From Escherichia phage LF82-41: DNA of 64,000 nt. Every line of letters starts with the position of its first letter. Position 1 is the stretch's first letter. The notes beneath the pieces are model-generated. The model was given only the letters and a program-made list of their open reading frames with translations. It had not been told where the DNA came from and did not search any database. The position numbers and the translations under genes are program-made. Positions 9,254 to 19,518 of the stretch are shown here, one piece after another. Location of the stretch: sequence record PV660463; one strand, 5' to 3'.

Positions 9254-10216
9254 TTATTTCCAAGTCAGTTCACAGGTCAGTTGAAGAAGCATATACATAA
9301 CATGTAATTCAATATTACTTGCTAATCCGTGAAACTTATTATTTTCGCCTGCAATTTCATAAAGCGAAATAATACTTTTACCAGGTGCAACTTGGTCATA
9401 ACATTCTGAAACTAATTTATCGATGAACCATGAATAATCTGCGGCATATTTTGGAGCTAATGCACGAAGCTGTTTTATATCTTTGTTCTTCATTGCTTCG
9501 ATAACATCAGAGACTGTGCCACGGTCATTAGTTACGATAGACAAAATACCAGCATCAAGAACACCTTTAGACGAGTACTGGTCTAATTGACCAATTGTAC
9601 GACGAAAGTCCGGGAAGTTCTTTTTAACCAGAGCTGCAACAACTTTCATATCAGCGATTTCGATATTTTCGTTCTTACAGATTTCAACCATACGATGAAT
9701 CATTTTCTTCATCATCGAGATTTTATCTTCTTCGGTTGGACGTCCGAATTCGATAACTCGACAACGGCTACGTAATGGTTCAATAATTCCATCAATATTG
9801 TTAGCAGTGATAATAATAGAGCAGTTACTAGAGAATTCTTCCATGAATGTACGAAGGTGACGTTGTGATTCGGCGAGACCACTACGGTCGAATTCATCAA
9901 TAACAATAACTTTAGGCTTGCCTTCCATTGAGACTGAACGAGCGAATGCAGTTAACGGACCACGCACAAAATCAATCTTACAATCAGAGCCGTTGACGAA
10001 CATCATTTCGGCATTGATATCATTACATAATGCTTTTGCTACGGTTGTTTTACCTGTACCAGGAGAAGGAGAGTGCAAAATAATATGAGGAAGTTTTCCT
10101 TTAGATACTAAAGACTTGAATGTTTCATGGTCATACGCAGGCAGAATACATTCGTCAATGGAAGAAGGACGATATTTCTGTTCTAGAATGTGTTCTTTGG
10201 AATTGATAGTAATCAT
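9254..10216 (-). CDS. 44: clamp loader ATPase subunit
   Basis: 320 aa; Walker [11 protein letters not shown], Walker B VIVIDEFD; synteny. Confidence 0.95.
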   Translation of the reverse strand: MITINSKEHILEQKYRPSSIDECILPAYDHETFKSLVSKGKLPHIILHSPSPGTGKTTVAKALCNDINAEMMFVNGSDCKIDFVRGPLTAFARSVSMEGKPKVIVIDEFDRSGLAESQRHLRTFMEEFSSNCSIIITANNIDGIIEPLRSRCRVIEFGRPTEEDKISMMKKMIHRMVEICKNENIEIADMKVVAALVKKNFPDFRRTIGQLDQYSSKGVLDAGILSIVTNDRGTVSDVIEAMKNKDIKQLRALAPKYAADYSWFIDKLVSECYDQVAPGKSIISLYEIAGENNKFHGLASNIELHVMYMLLQLTCELTWK

Positions 10217-10291
10217 GTAATTTTCCTCATTATCATTAATCTGGAGGATTTCTCCTCCATAATCGTACTACATTAAACGTAAAGCTTTGAC

Positions 10292-10978
10292 TTAGAAGTC
10301 GTGAGTAGAATCGGCTTCCATTGCAATAACGTAACTTACTTGAGAGCTTTCAAACTTAGCTGCAACTTTATCACCAGCTCCCCACAACATTACTTTATAG
10401 TTACCTGGCTGGATTTTCATATTAGCCATATTGATTACGAAGTTAAAGTTATTAGAACCATCATAATCGGTAAGAGTCAAAGAATACTTAGGACGAGTCA
10501 AGCCAGAATCTTCAACTTTATTGTAACCATTGATAACAATTTTACCATCTTTATTTGTAATAGCAATTGTATCAATCTGGAGACCACGTGAAACTCGAAG
10601 CAATTGTTGAAGGTCTTCAGCTTTAATTTCAGTAATCACAGAAGCCACCGGGAATTGAATTGGCTTATTAGGAAAAACAATGGTGCTCTTGTCGGCAGCA
10701 GGCCAATAAACTGTGGAACGTGTATCTGCAATTTTAATATTGCCATCAGTGTGCATTGAAATTTCAGCATCGTCAGACACTAGACTCAAAATGCTTAAGA
10801 AGCTATTCAAATCATAAAGTGCTACGTCAAAATCAATTTCATCAGAGATATTTGCTTCCGCGTAAGTGGTGCCATTAACTGCACGGGTCATAATAAATTT
10901 ACCTTGACTCAGCAGAATACCGGAGTTAATAGAGGCAAAGTTTTTCAGAATAGCGATAGTATCTTTAGACAGTTTCAT
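10292..10978 (-). CDS. 45: sliding clamp
   Basis: 228 aa from MKLSKDTIAILKNF...; strong match to T4/RB69 gp45; start set at second Met of ORF. Confidence 0.95.
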   Translation of the reverse strand: MKLSKDTIAILKNFASINSGILLSQGKFIMTRAVNGTTYAEANISDEIDFDVALYDLNSFLSILSLVSDDAEISMHTDGNIKIADTRSTVYWPAADKSTIVFPNKPIQFPVASVITEIKAEDLQQLLRVSRGLQIDTIAITNKDGKIVINGYNKVEDSGLTRPKYSLTLTDYDGSNNFNFVINMANMKIQPGNYKVMLWGAGDKVAAKFESSQVSYVIAMEADSTHDF

Positions 10979-11020
10979 TTTATTTCCTTTCAAGACAATT
11001 CAAAGTTTATAACAAATTTA

Positions 11021-11437
11021 TTATGCAGCAACCATCTGCTTTTTAATAGCTTCAGGCAGTGATTCAATATATTCTGGAATTTTAGAAGCAACAATTTCGC
11101 CAGCTGCAATTAGTTGTTCGTCGGCATCAACACAATAGAAATCTTCCAGGCGCTCAGAACCATCTTTATCAAGAACGATTTTTCCACCAGCTTCAATAGA
11201 ATCTTTATAGTGCTTACGCATCAGATGAATCCACATATCAGATACATCATTATCAATAAAACCATAAATCATAAAACGAGTTTCTTGCGGCAAAGATTGA
11301 AGCTTTTTAGCACTTGCGTCATCACAATGCAGGACCCATGCTTTACGAACACGATTATGGTTATGTGGGTTAGCGTCAGTACGGATAGAAGTAACTTTCA
11401 GATCAGCAGCAGTGAAACCTTTAGCAGTAGTAAACAT
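11021..11437 (-). CDS. rpbA: RNA polymerase-binding protein RpbA (by position)
   Basis: 138 aa ORF immediately downstream of gene 45 as in T4. Confidence 0.6.
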   Translation of the reverse strand: MFTTAKGFTAADLKVTSIRTDANPHNHNRVRKAWVLHCDDASAKKLQSLPQETRFMIYGFIDNDVSDMWIHLMRKHYKDSIEAGGKIVLDKDGSERLEDFYCVDADEQLIAAGEIVASKIPEYIESLPEAIKKQMVAA

Positions 11438-11449
11438 ATTATTTCTCTC

Positions 11450-11650
11450 TTATTCGTAGAAGTCGGTAACTGTCCATGCGGAATTGCGATTAGACATTAT
11501 TTTATTATACTCATCTTTAAAAGCAGATTTGAGCATTTGTTCAGTAACAATATGTTCTTCACCTGAAAATGTATTGGTCAAAACATATTTTTTAATTTCA
11601 GGGACAACGAGAAGATGTTGTCCGGTTGAATACTCCATGTTGTTCTCCAT
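11450..11650 (-). CDS. hypothetical protein (45.2-like by position)
   Basis: 66 aa ORF between rpbA and 46. Confidence 0.5.
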   Translation of the reverse strand: MENNMEYSTGQHLLVVPEIKKYVLTNTFSGEEHIVTEQMLKSAFKDEYNKIMSNRNSAWTVTDFYE

Positions 11651-11692
11651 TTAATTTGATGTGGTCATTATAACCACATCGTGTTAAAGCGT

Positions 11693-13381
11693 TTATGAAA
11701 CAGTCATTACCGTAAATCGTCCAACTTTGCTCATCTGAAGATGTTGTCCATAAGCTTGTGGGTCATGGTCTCTGTGACTAATTATAAACACGTTTGCATC
11801 GGTTAGAGAGTTAAGAATTGTTGAAATAGCTTTAATACCTTCAGAATCAGTCGCGGAATCCATGACTTCGTCCATAATTAATGTATTGATTCTAACACCA
11901 GAGACCTTTTCAGCAATATCTCGCCATGTAAACAACAATGCGATATCGATACGTGCCTTTTCACCTTGACTAAATGAAGCATAACTAAAATCTTCACGAC
12001 CACGTGATTTTATAGATTCATTGAATTCTTCATCAATAGAAAACACGTAATCGGCTTCCATGATTTTAAGATAATGGTTAATCTGCTTGTTGAACAGAGG
12101 CACATATTTTTTAATGATAGCACCTTTAATACCAGAATCTTTTAACATATCTGTGATAATACCACGATGGTATTTTTCAAGAACGATATCTGATTTTGTT
12201 TTAATGATTTTATCAAGTTCTTTTTGAAGCAAAGCTATCTCATCGGCATGGTCGATAAATTCCGCCGAGGCTTGCTCTATTGCAGCTTTAACTTTCTTAG
12301 CTTTATCAATAGTGGCAATCATTGCTTGTTTCTTGGTACGGATATCGGATGCAAGGTCCTGTTTAGTCTTAACATTAGCTCGATATTCGTCCACTAGGAC
12401 ACTCAGATTATCTCTGTGGCAGGTAAGTTGCTCGAATGAGTGATTACATTCATGAAGCTTATCGGTAATCTTAGAGACAATAGGGTCACCCTGGTGCAAC
12501 TGTGATGCGCAAGTAGGACATGTACCGCCATCATGATACATCTTAATAACTTTGTTATATGAGTCAATTTTAGATTTAATCAAGAATGCCTCTTGTCCGA
12601 TCTTGTTGAATGCCTCAGTAGGGTCTTCGTCAAGAACGATATTAAGTAGACGCTCGTTAGCTTCTTCAATTTCTGCTTTTAATGAACGAGCTTCTTTGGC
12701 TAGGTCGTCATACATATTCTGTAGACGCGCTACATTATCGCCAGATAATTTCTTTTGACGTTCGATATTCTCGTTATAAATCTTAATTTGTTGGATAATA
12801 CCATCTTTCTTGGCATCGAGAACTTGTCCCTGGGAATTAAGTTCTCGAACTTGAGACTTATTGATTTTATCCATTTCAGCTAGTGTTCCAACTTCTAATA
12901 AGTCTTCAACAAGCTTTCTGCGAGCAGGGGTGCTAAGAGCCATGAAAGGGGTATACCCTGCCGTCCCAAGCACAACGATCTGTTTAAAAGACGCGTATGA
13001 CATTCCGATGCTACGTTCAAATTCTTCTTGGAAGTCACGACTGCTGGCAGATTCATCAAGACGAACACCGTCAACGGAGATTTCGAAAATATTGGGCTTT
13101 TGGCCTCGTTTAATGAAGTATTTTTTATCATCGAATTCCATCCAAAGCTCAACTAAGAGCTCTTTCTTGTTCGTGCTATTAATGATTTGTCCTTTCTTAA
13201 CATCACGAAATGGTTTACCGAAAAGTCCGAAAGTAATGGCTTCTAACATCGTAGATTTACCACCACCATTTTTACCAGTGATTAATGTCTTTTGGACTTT
13301 ATCTAATTGGATATCAATAGGATTCCCACCTACCGACATGATGTTTTGATAACGAACACGATTTAATTTAAATGATTTCAT
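11693..13381 (-). CDS. 46: recombination endonuclease subunit (SbcC/Rad50-like ATPase)
   Basis: 562 aa; Walker A GKNGGGKST, long coiled coil, C-terminal signature/Walker B region. Confidence 0.95.
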   Translation of the reverse strand: MKSFKLNRVRYQNIMSVGGNPIDIQLDKVQKTLITGKNGGGKSTMLEAITFGLFGKPFRDVKKGQIINSTNKKELLVELWMEFDDKKYFIKRGQKPNIFEISVDGVRLDESASSRDFQEEFERSIGMSYASFKQIVVLGTAGYTPFMALSTPARRKLVEDLLEVGTLAEMDKINKSQVRELNSQGQVLDAKKDGIIQQIKIYNENIERQKKLSGDNVARLQNMYDDLAKEARSLKAEIEEANERLLNIVLDEDPTEAFNKIGQEAFLIKSKIDSYNKVIKMYHDGGTCPTCASQLHQGDPIVSKITDKLHECNHSFEQLTCHRDNLSVLVDEYRANVKTKQDLASDIRTKKQAMIATIDKAKKVKAAIEQASAEFIDHADEIALLQKELDKIIKTKSDIVLEKYHRGIITDMLKDSGIKGAIIKKYVPLFNKQINHYLKIMEADYVFSIDEEFNESIKSRGREDFSYASFSQGEKARIDIALLFTWRDIAEKVSGVRINTLIMDEVMDSATDSEGIKAISTILNSLTDANVFIISHRDHDPQAYGQHLQMSKVGRFTVMTVS

Positions 13382-13632
13382 ATGTATTCTCTTCGAATGA
13401 AGTCCTCTACATATTTTAACATGTCATCCCTATCAGCAAAATATTCATCTAGTTCTGCATACATAACAACACCTGGTGCGTACTCACAGGTAACATACAT
13501 TGTTCCAAAGAAACGAGGAGTTGATTCCTCGTAATTCTCAGTCCATTCAACGATACCAATATAACCGTCACCAATACTAAATTCGTGACGATGGATTTCA
13601 TAGTCAGTCTTCGTCATTATACGCATCCTCAA
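13378..13632 (-). CDS. hypothetical protein (46.1-like)
   Basis: 84 aa ORF, ATGA-coupled, between 46 and 47. Confidence 0.6.
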   Translation of the reverse strand: MRMRIMTKTDYEIHRHEFSIGDGYIGIVEWTENYEESTPRFFGTMYVTCEYAPGVVMYAELDEYFADRDDMLKYVEDFIRREYI

Positions 13633-13861
13633 TACACGCTTCAGCCATTTTAAGAATAGAGCCAGGAGTATCGTTGTCCATTATATTAAAGCTAAATTCA
13701 ATAGCCCAGTCGGTACAGACATGAACGGCTTTAACTTCATTGCCTTCAACGCGTAATGGCTCAATCCAATACTTGATAGTGTTCTCGAATCCATCATCAT
13801 CTTTAACGTCTATTTCAACTTCAAGCCCAAGCCCAGCATTGTTAAATTCATCTAAAGTCAT
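13604..13861 (-). CDS. hypothetical protein (46.2-like)
   Basis: 85 aa acidic ORF between 46 and 47. Confidence 0.6.
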   Translation of the reverse strand: MTLDEFNNAGLGLEVEIDVKDDDGFENTIKYWIEPLRVEGNEVKAVHVCTDWAIEFSFNIMDNDTPGSILKMAEACIEDAYNDED

Positions 13862-14877
13862 TGTGTTGCCTCAATATAAAGTTCGTTGGAATATTTGACC
13901 AGCGCTTCTCTGTCTTCGTCTGAGATATCTGGAATCGCGTCAATATATTCTTTAATGATATCTTGAAGTGATTTAATCTCGATTTCCTGGTCGTCATCAG
14001 ATTCAACACTGTTATCAACTTTAGAAACCATACGAAGAGAGTGAACTACTTTTTCAAGTTCAGATTCAAACTTAGTCAACTCTGAATCAATTTCTGATAC
14101 TATAACACGTACGGCTAGATTAGTATAATCAGAATAATTGATTTTGCCTTTAAATGGATAAGTGATTCGTCGATGCCATGTCGTTTCATTAGGAATAAAT
14201 TCCATACGTTCAACATCAGTGTCAAATACCCAGAATCCACGTGGGTCGTTCTCGTCACCTGCAGTAAGGGTCCATGGTGTCCCAATATATTTGACGTTAG
14301 CAGCTTCAGAGATTGTGTGGAAGTGGCCGGACCAGACTTGTTTATAGGTCTTTAAGAAATCAGGTTCAAGCCCATGAGACTTCATTCCTTTATAGAAATA
14401 AAAGCCATTCAGTTCCCAGTGCCCAACACAATACGCAGCAGAAGAAGTCTTGATATGCTCTAAGATTTCACCTGTATTTTCTTCACACATCCATGGAACG
14501 ATATCAATCAGACATCCATCAAAATCTACAGTAGTTGGATGTTCGTAAATAGTAAAGTTTTCAAATTGAGTTAACAATTCAGAAACAGTGTTAGGTGTTA
14601 TTGTATTCTTAAACGCCATGTCATGGTTTCCTATCGTGACATGAACGTGAATGCCTGCTTTAGAAATCATATCAACGATTTCACGATTGAATTCCATTGT
14701 ACGATGTGTTATTGCTTTACGGACGTCGAACCAATCACCGTACTGAATCCAAGTTTTAATCCCGTGTTTCTTAGAGTATTCAATTGCTTGACGAATACCA
14801 TCACGTTGAATATCTTGAACCCATGGGTCATCTTGTTTGACTCCGATATGGAAGTCTCCTAAGTGCAAAATTTTCAT
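13858..14877 (-). CDS. 47: recombination endonuclease subunit (SbcD/Mre11-like phosphoesterase)
   Basis: 339 aa; MKILHLGDFHIG, GNHD, GHFH phosphoesterase motifs. Confidence 0.95.
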   Translation of the reverse strand: MKILHLGDFHIGVKQDDPWVQDIQRDGIRQAIEYSKKHGIKTWIQYGDWFDVRKAITHRTMEFNREIVDMISKAGIHVHVTIGNHDMAFKNTITPNTVSELLTQFENFTIYEHPTTVDFDGCLIDIVPWMCEENTGEILEHIKTSSAAYCVGHWELNGFYFYKGMKSHGLEPDFLKTYKQVWSGHFHTISEAANVKYIGTPWTLTAGDENDPRGFWVFDTDVERMEFIPNETTWHRRITYPFKGKINYSDYTNLAVRVIVSEIDSELTKFESELEKVVHSLRMVSKVDNSVESDDDQEIEIKSLQDIIKEYIDAIPDISDEDREALVKYSNELYIEATQ

Positions 14878-14921
14878 ATTATTTCCTCATTAGTTAATTC
14901 ATTCTATCATCCGTTTATAAA

Positions 14922-14948
14922 GCAAAAAAGGAACTCCGAAGAGTTCCT
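14922..14948 (-). terminator. intrinsic terminator candidate (UUCG-loop hairpin followed by U-run on minus strand)
   Basis: plus strand gcAAAAAAGGAACTCcgaaGAGTTCCt; on minus strand the hairpin precedes a U6 run; lies upstream of gene 47. Confidence 0.6.
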
Positions 14949-15159
14949 ATCCACATAGTACACCGTACAGAGGCTCATTTGGACTTTTAAATCGAATGGG
15001 CTTGTACGTAATAGTTCCTTCGGCTTTAGCTTTATCATAAGACTCTTTAAAACGTCTCATTCTTTCTGCTTTGCCTTTACGGATTTTATCGAAATTTTCA
15101 GAAGTCGGGATGTTCATCATGCATAAGCACCTCTCGGAAAATGCCTAAATCGATTTCTC

Positions 15160-15381
15160 TCATCGTTTCCACCATTTCTTAACTTGAAATGAATCAACCC
15201 ACACGAGTTGTTTTGGGTCTGCCTTTACAATAGGCGGACAAATTTCTGTAATAGAACCGTCGTGATATTCCTTTTCAGAAATTTTAACACAAAGAGGACC
15301 ACCCAATTTAACGGTGAACCCTGCGTTCAGCTTCAGACGTTTAAACTTTGTTTGAACTAGCGCCATTAATGATGTCCTCAA
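15160..15381 (-). CDS. hypothetical protein (73 aa)
   Basis: ORF in region where T4 carries alpha-gt/47.1; start uncertain. Confidence 0.4.
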   Translation of the reverse strand: MRTSLMALVQTKFKRLKLNAGFTVKLGGPLCVKISEKEYHDGSITEICPPIVKADPKQLVWVDSFQVKKWWKR

Positions 15382-15664
15382 TAGCCTGACGAGTAGTAAC
15401 CCACTGGATTTTAATTAACTTGTCATTATATGGTTGTCGTAGAATATCCCGAGATTTCTTAATAGCGTATTCGTAAGCTTCGAAGTTGTTTTGAATTGCT
15501 GCTTCTTGAGCATGAGCATAAAGACGGTTTAGTTCAAAACGATTCTTTTTAAGAATCTTTTCGGATTTTTTACGTGCTTCAGCTTCGTTTTTCTTTTGGA
15601 TTTCTTGTAGCATTTTAGCTACTGCATCTTCTGCTTCTTTATTTTCAATAATCTCGGTAGTCAT
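15341..15664 (-). CDS. hypothetical protein (107 aa), charged helical
   Basis: ORF; Lys/Glu-rich predicted helix. Confidence 0.5.
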   Translation of the reverse strand: MTTEIIENKEAEDAVAKMLQEIQKKNEAEARKKSEKILKKNRFELNRLYAHAQEAAIQNNFEAYEYAIKKSRDILRQPYNDKLIKIQWVTTRQAIEDIINGASSNKV

Positions 15665-15665
15665 A

Positions 15666-15880
15666 TTATCTCATTAAATTAAAATAAAAACGTCCGTCCT
15701 CTTCAATACAGAACTCGTACTCAACTGGAGTCCCATTTATCGAAAATGACACGTCATGTGGGTTCAAAGGGTCGATGTCAAAATTAATTTTAAATTCTCG
15801 GCCCAACAGTTTTACCAAATAAGGGATTGCTTCGTCAAAAGGTTCTTCTAAGTAGTTAGAGATATCAATTGTCATCCTCA
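15666..15880 (-). CDS. hypothetical protein (start uncertain)
   Basis: ORF 15666..15959 overlaps 3' end of gene 55; shorter version from internal Met proposed. Confidence 0.4.
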
Positions 15881-16440
15881 TATAAAAAATCCAAACTAGG
15901 CGAATCGCTAACAACTTCCTTCTTTTCAGCCCCAGGAGCTTTATAAGCGGATTCTTCATAATGCGTCATTTTATCGTAGATGTCTTGAATAAACGTTTCA
16001 TCTACCAACGCTACCATATCATCGTCATGACTGTCGTAGACGTTATGAACGAAGTAACTATATTTCTTTGCAACTTCCTTACGTTCTTTTTTGATACGTT
16101 GGACAAAAGCATTAAAACAAGCTCGAGTTATGTATGCATGTGGGTTATTGTACTTAGTTTCGTCGAAATTATGAAGTCCCTTAATAGAGGCTTCAATCCC
16201 ATCTGCAATCATCTCCTGCTTCCAAGACTGGGTATATCCTGAAAAGTTGAAACGTTTGGACAGGCCTTCGGCGATAAGCATAATTGCTAAACCGATGGTA
16301 TCATTCTGACGAATAATTTTGTTTGGGTCTTTATTATTTAAGAGCTCCTTTTTCCACTCGATTATAGCAGCGAGAAGCTCTTTATTATTCACATAGTTAT
16401 TTTTAGGTTTTTGTTCAGTCATAAGTACCTCTTGGCTCAA
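15865..16440 (-). CDS. 55: late-transcription sigma factor
   Basis: 191 aa; [23 protein letters not shown]...[45 protein letters not shown] nearly identical to T4 gp55. Confidence 0.92.
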   Translation of the reverse strand: MSQEVLMTEQKPKNNYVNNKELLAAIIEWKKELLNNKDPNKIIRQNDTIGLAIMLIAEGLSKRFNFSGYTQSWKQEMIADGIEASIKGLHNFDETKYNNPHAYITRACFNAFVQRIKKERKEVAKKYSYFVHNVYDSHDDDMVALVDETFIQDIYDKMTHYEESAYKAPGAEKKEVVSDSPSLDFLYEDDN

Positions 16441-16444
16441 TTCA

Positions 16445-16490
16445 TAGGTCTATTATATCATAATATTTAGAGACCTATCTTAAAGCACGA
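16445..16490 (-). promoter_or_regulatory. early-promoter-like element with palindromic spacer (PeSL-like)
   Basis: minus strand: CTTTAA - 17 nt (palindrome ataggtct..agacctat) - TATGAT; upstream of gene 55. Confidence 0.4.
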
Positions 16491-16494
16491 GATA

Positions 16495-16764
16495 CTATCG
16501 GAGCAAACAATACGCCTGGAATACTTTTTCCATTAAACGTTTGAACTCATGTATATCGATATAAAGCTCAGTAAGACCGACATTATAAAGAAAATCTAAA
16601 AAGTTCTCATGTGTTTCGTTATAGACGCCTTCGTTTAATTGAGATACATGAGTTTCCCAAAAACCGACACCTTTAACAAATGGAAAATACGTAACTTTCA
16701 TAAAGTTGTCGACGTAAAATTCGCCCAGCTTTTCTTCAGTTATACTGATTCGAGTTAATTTCAT
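16495..16764 (-). CDS. hypothetical protein (89 aa)
   Basis: ORF, co-oriented, tightly packed. Confidence 0.5.
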   Translation of the reverse strand: MKLTRISITEEKLGEFYVDNFMKVTYFPFVKGVGFWETHVSQLNEGVYNETHENFLDFLYNVGLTELYIDIHEFKRLMEKVFQAYCLLR

Positions 16765-16988
16765 TCTAGTTCCTTTGCTGCAAATAAGGCAGCATCCAAT
16801 GAATCAAATTGGTCAACGAAATCAATATTCAACGCATCGTCAACCGTAGCATATAACCACCATTGTTTGAATTCGTATTCTAGAATAAATCCAGGACCTT
16901 CAATCTGAGGAAGACCTAGACTATTTGTACCAACTTCGTAACCAGCTAGACGCAGGTCATTAATCAAAGTTTCTGTTAATACGCTCAT
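16761..16988 (-). CDS. hypothetical protein (75 aa)
   Basis: ORF with ATGA overlaps to neighbours. Confidence 0.5.
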   Translation of the reverse strand: MSVLTETLINDLRLAGYEVGTNSLGLPQIEGPGFILEYEFKQWWLYATVDDALNIDFVDQFDSLDAALFAAKELE

Positions 16989-17317
16989 TTTACCGCCTTA
17001 ACAATTTTAAGGTCAACGAATTTTTTCTTACGTTGATTTTTCATACGACGGATAGTCTTTTCAGAGATTTCATGTTTCTGATAAGCTTTAGATTCAACAC
17101 CAAATGCAGCAACGTCAAATTCAGAAAGAATATATTGTACTAGAATTTCACGAATAGAATTACGTCCAATTTTCTGGTCGTGTTTTTGCATGATTTCATA
17201 AAGACGGAATTCCCACGCGTCAAGAACTTGAGGAGTAACAATACCACCTTTTTCTAGAAGACTAACAACTTTATCGAAAGCGAAAGAGTTCACTACGTTT
17301 TTGATTTTAGTAGACAT
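16985..17317 (-). CDS. hypothetical protein (start at internal Met with GAGGA RBS)
   Basis: ORF 16985..17356; Met at 17317 preceded by GAGGAAAAT; promoter element just upstream. Confidence 0.5.
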   Translation of the reverse strand: MSTKIKNVVNSFAFDKVVSLLEKGGIVTPQVLDAWEFRLYEIMQKHDQKIGRNSIREILVQYILSEFDVAAFGVESKAYQKHEISEKTIRRMKNQRKKKFVDLKIVKAVK

Positions 17318-17340
17318 ATTATTTTCCTCTGTTATTTTAT

Positions 17341-17385
17341 TATCCAACGAGAGCATTATACTCTGCTCTCAAGAGTTTGTGCGTT
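17341..17385 (-). promoter_or_regulatory. early-promoter/stem-loop cassette (PeSL-like); near-identical copy at 47227..47272
   Basis: minus strand: -35 region, 17-nt spacer, perfect TATAAT embedded in palindrome GAGAGCA..TGCTCTC. Confidence 0.55.
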
Positions 17386-17623
17386 ATTTCGTGATAAGAT
17401 AATGTAAATAGTTTGCTTGACGAACACTGATATCAACACCCATATCAAAGATACCTTTATAGAACGGGTATTTGTTTTCAGTAGAATCTAGACTAAAAGC
17501 CTTTCCGCCACAACTAACGGTAATAGCATCAGTTAAAGTGTCATATACAAACTTAATAGTTGAGCCGTTCACTACAACTTCAAGACGTTTTTTCGATGTA
17601 ATAATGTCTAATTCTTGTTCCAT
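17384..17623 (-). CDS. hypothetical protein (79 aa)
   Basis: ORF. Confidence 0.5.
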   Translation of the reverse strand: MEQELDIITSKKRLEVVVNGSTIKFVYDTLTDAITVSCGGKAFSLDSTENKYPFYKGIFDMGVDISVRQANYLHYLITK

Positions 17624-17637
17624 GATATTCTCCTCAA

Positions 17638-17680
17638 ATTGGTAGGAAGAAGTGTTATCTTCCTACCATCATAAACTATT
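17638..17680 (-). repeat. stem-loop element (ggtaggaag..cttcctacc) in intergenic gap
   Basis: 9-bp inverted repeat between ORFs 17384..17623 and 17679..17891; possible promoter/terminator. Confidence 0.35.
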
Positions 17681-17891
17681 AACCGAACTTTTTAGCGCCT
17701 TTCCAGCCTTCGTACATAACTGCACAAGTCAATAGTACAGCATGTTGGCATTCTTTGTATTTGTAAATCCAGAACCAGCGTAAGAAGTCTTCATCCTCAA
17801 CGCCGTTGAGTTTCATATTGGCAAAGAATTCGGCACGTTCTTCACGAAGTTGCCATGACACAATATTTTCAGGATTCATTTTGTGTTCCAC
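17679..17891 (-). CDS. hypothetical protein (70 aa)
   Basis: ORF. Confidence 0.5.
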   Translation of the reverse strand: MEHKMNPENIVSWQLREERAEFFANMKLNGVEDEDFLRWFWIYKYKECQHAVLLTCAVMYEGWKGAKKFG

Positions 17892-18010
17892 GCCCCATTT
17901 TCATCGATGAACTTAATCCAGTCATTTACAGACCATTTAGTTGTATCACCCTTTGGATTAACATTTAAAGTATATAATCCCTGCTTAAAAAGCATTCGTT
18001 TGATATTCAT
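17876..18010 (-). CDS. hypothetical small protein (44 aa; from internal Met with GAGGA RBS)
   Basis: ORF 17876..18103 overlaps next gene; internal Met at 18010 has good RBS. Confidence 0.4.
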   Translation of the reverse strand: MNIKRMLFKQGLYTLNVNPKGDTTKWSVNDWIKFIDENGAWNTK

Positions 18011-18017
18011 AATTTCC

Positions 18018-18341
18018 TCAACTGTAACGATAACATTCGTTAGCTTTACGTTTGGCTTCAGTATGAGAAGTATTATAATCATACTCTTCTTTACTGTAAA
18101 CATCTTTTTTCAACTTACGAACTTCTTTGCGGAGTTGTCGATTCATTTCATTCTTGACTTCAGAATCAACTCCTTTCATACGTTTCCATTTATCTGAGCG
18201 GAAAATGTTTTCAACCATGTCTTTGTGGCTAACACCGTCAGGAGCTTTACGCTTACCAAAATAGTCATAATCGCGAACTTTCAAATCTTTACGACGATAT
18301 GTTTTACCCATAAGTACCTCAGAGGTTGATTGATACGACAC
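18018..18341 (-). CDS. hypothetical basic protein (107 aa)
   Basis: ORF; Lys/Arg-rich. Confidence 0.5.
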   Translation of the reverse strand: MSYQSTSEVLMGKTYRRKDLKVRDYDYFGKRKAPDGVSHKDMVENIFRSDKWKRMKGVDSEVKNEMNRQLRKEVRKLKKDVYSKEEYDYNTSHTEAKRKANECYRYS

Positions 18342-18567
18342 GTTTGATAAAATTCACTTCACTTACTGAAAGGTCTTTAAGACCGATTGATTCTAAACGC
18401 TGAGTAAGCGTCAACATCGGGATATAATCCCAATGAGTTTTATTTGCTTGATAAGTACGGACGCCATTAGCAATTTCAACATGTAAATCGGAAATGATAA
18501 TGAATACCAGTCGCTCGTCATTAACTTTAAGGGTTAGAACAACTTTCTTTGAGTCTAAACTAATCAT
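18319..18567 (-). CDS. hypothetical protein (82 aa)
   Basis: ORF. Confidence 0.5.
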   Translation of the reverse strand: MISLDSKKVVLTLKVNDERLVFIIISDLHVEIANGVRTYQANKTHWDYIPMLTLTQRLESIGLKDLSVSEVNFIKRVVSINL

Positions 18568-18746
18568 GGTTTAATTTCCTTTGCAATTGAACAGAAGATA
18601 CCACGGTCACAAAGCATTTCACCAATTTCCGGATATTTGATTGAACGGTACCAAACATCCAGGCTTGAAACTCTGGTTATCTGTACTGCATTACCGTTGA
18701 CAGAATAGTACTGGTCAACCTTAATTTCTTTATCTTCAATTGTCAT
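18564..18746 (-). CDS. hypothetical protein (about 60 aa from internal Met)
   Basis: ORF 18564..18866; Met MTIEDKEIK preceded by GAGGAAAAT. Confidence 0.45.
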   Translation of the reverse strand: MTIEDKEIKVDQYYSVNGNAVQITRVSSLDVWYRSIKYPEIGEMLCDRGIFCSIAKEIKP

Positions 18747-18757
18747 TTTATTTTCCT

Positions 18758-18805
18758 CTATAGTAGATGGTTTAATCTTAACACAACTATTGAGGATGTA
18801 AACTG
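18758..18805 (-). promoter_or_regulatory. early-promoter-like element (GTTTAC -35, 17-nt spacer)
   Basis: minus strand cagTTTACAtcctcaatagttgtgtTAAGAT; same family as other cassettes. Confidence 0.45.
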
Positions 18806-18911
18806 TTTTATGAAAATATTTTTGGTTTGAGAGGGGCACAAGGAGATAGTGAAGTGAAGATTCCAATAGATTATATTGGAAATGGGATAAAGAAGACCAG
18901 GCGGCACCTGG

Positions 18912-19245
18912 TCAATCTTCTATGATATCAGAGTCATATCCTAATGAAATCAAGGACTTTTTAAACTCTGCAATATTCTTTTGTTTCTTATCATTTAAAA
19001 ATATGACAGGATAACGAATATTAAGTGAAGTGAATCCTGCACGTTTAGCAAGAGATACGATTAAAGGACGGTCATATTCAATCTTACCATTATTAGTGAG
19101 GACTTTATAAAATGTATAAGGAGCATTGAGCTCCTTTAAAAGTTTTGTAACAGTATAACATCCTGGACAACGTCCAACTTCTTCAGGGATGCCATAAATT
19201 TCAATCTTGTTCTTTAAGTTCGAGTTTTGTTCCACGAGAAATAAT
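18912..19245 (-). CDS. nrdH: glutaredoxin-like NrdH redoxin (start codon uncertain, possibly non-ATG)
   Basis: KIEIYGIPEEVGRCPGCY redox motif; N-terminal part of ORF 18912..19364 overlaps another gene so true start lies near 19245. Confidence 0.6.
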
Positions 19246-19518
19246 TCCTTGGTAAGCCCAATAAGGAGGATTAACAGAATCCTCACCAGAGTTTTCTTCA
19301 GGAAAATAAACCTGGATAACGAAGCCGGATTCATCAAAGGTAAAATAAACCGTAGGCAGTTCACCTAACAAATCGGCACGAGCGTTGATTTCTTCGAGGT
19401 CTTGTTCACGTCCAGCCCAGAAGCTTGGGTTCAGACTACATTCATAGAAATAATAGTCATTACCGAACATATCAAAACCATTCCAACTCTCTACTACATA
19501 CCGCTCAAAACTAATCAT
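19201..19518 (-). CDS. hypothetical protein (105 aa)
   Basis: ORF. Confidence 0.5.
   Translation of the reverse strand: MISFERYVVESWNGFDMFGNDYYFYECSLNPSFWAGREQDLEEINARADLLGELPTVYFTFDESGFVIQVYFPEENSGEDSVNPPYWAYQGIISRGTKLELKEQD

Noticed and set aside
12552-13349. Plus-strand ORFs 12552..12758 and 12861..13349 (162 aa) and minus ORF 12895..13152 inside gene 46
   Set aside because: Embedded in or antisense to the conserved SbcC-like gene; low-complexity Ser/Leu-rich translations; no independent support.
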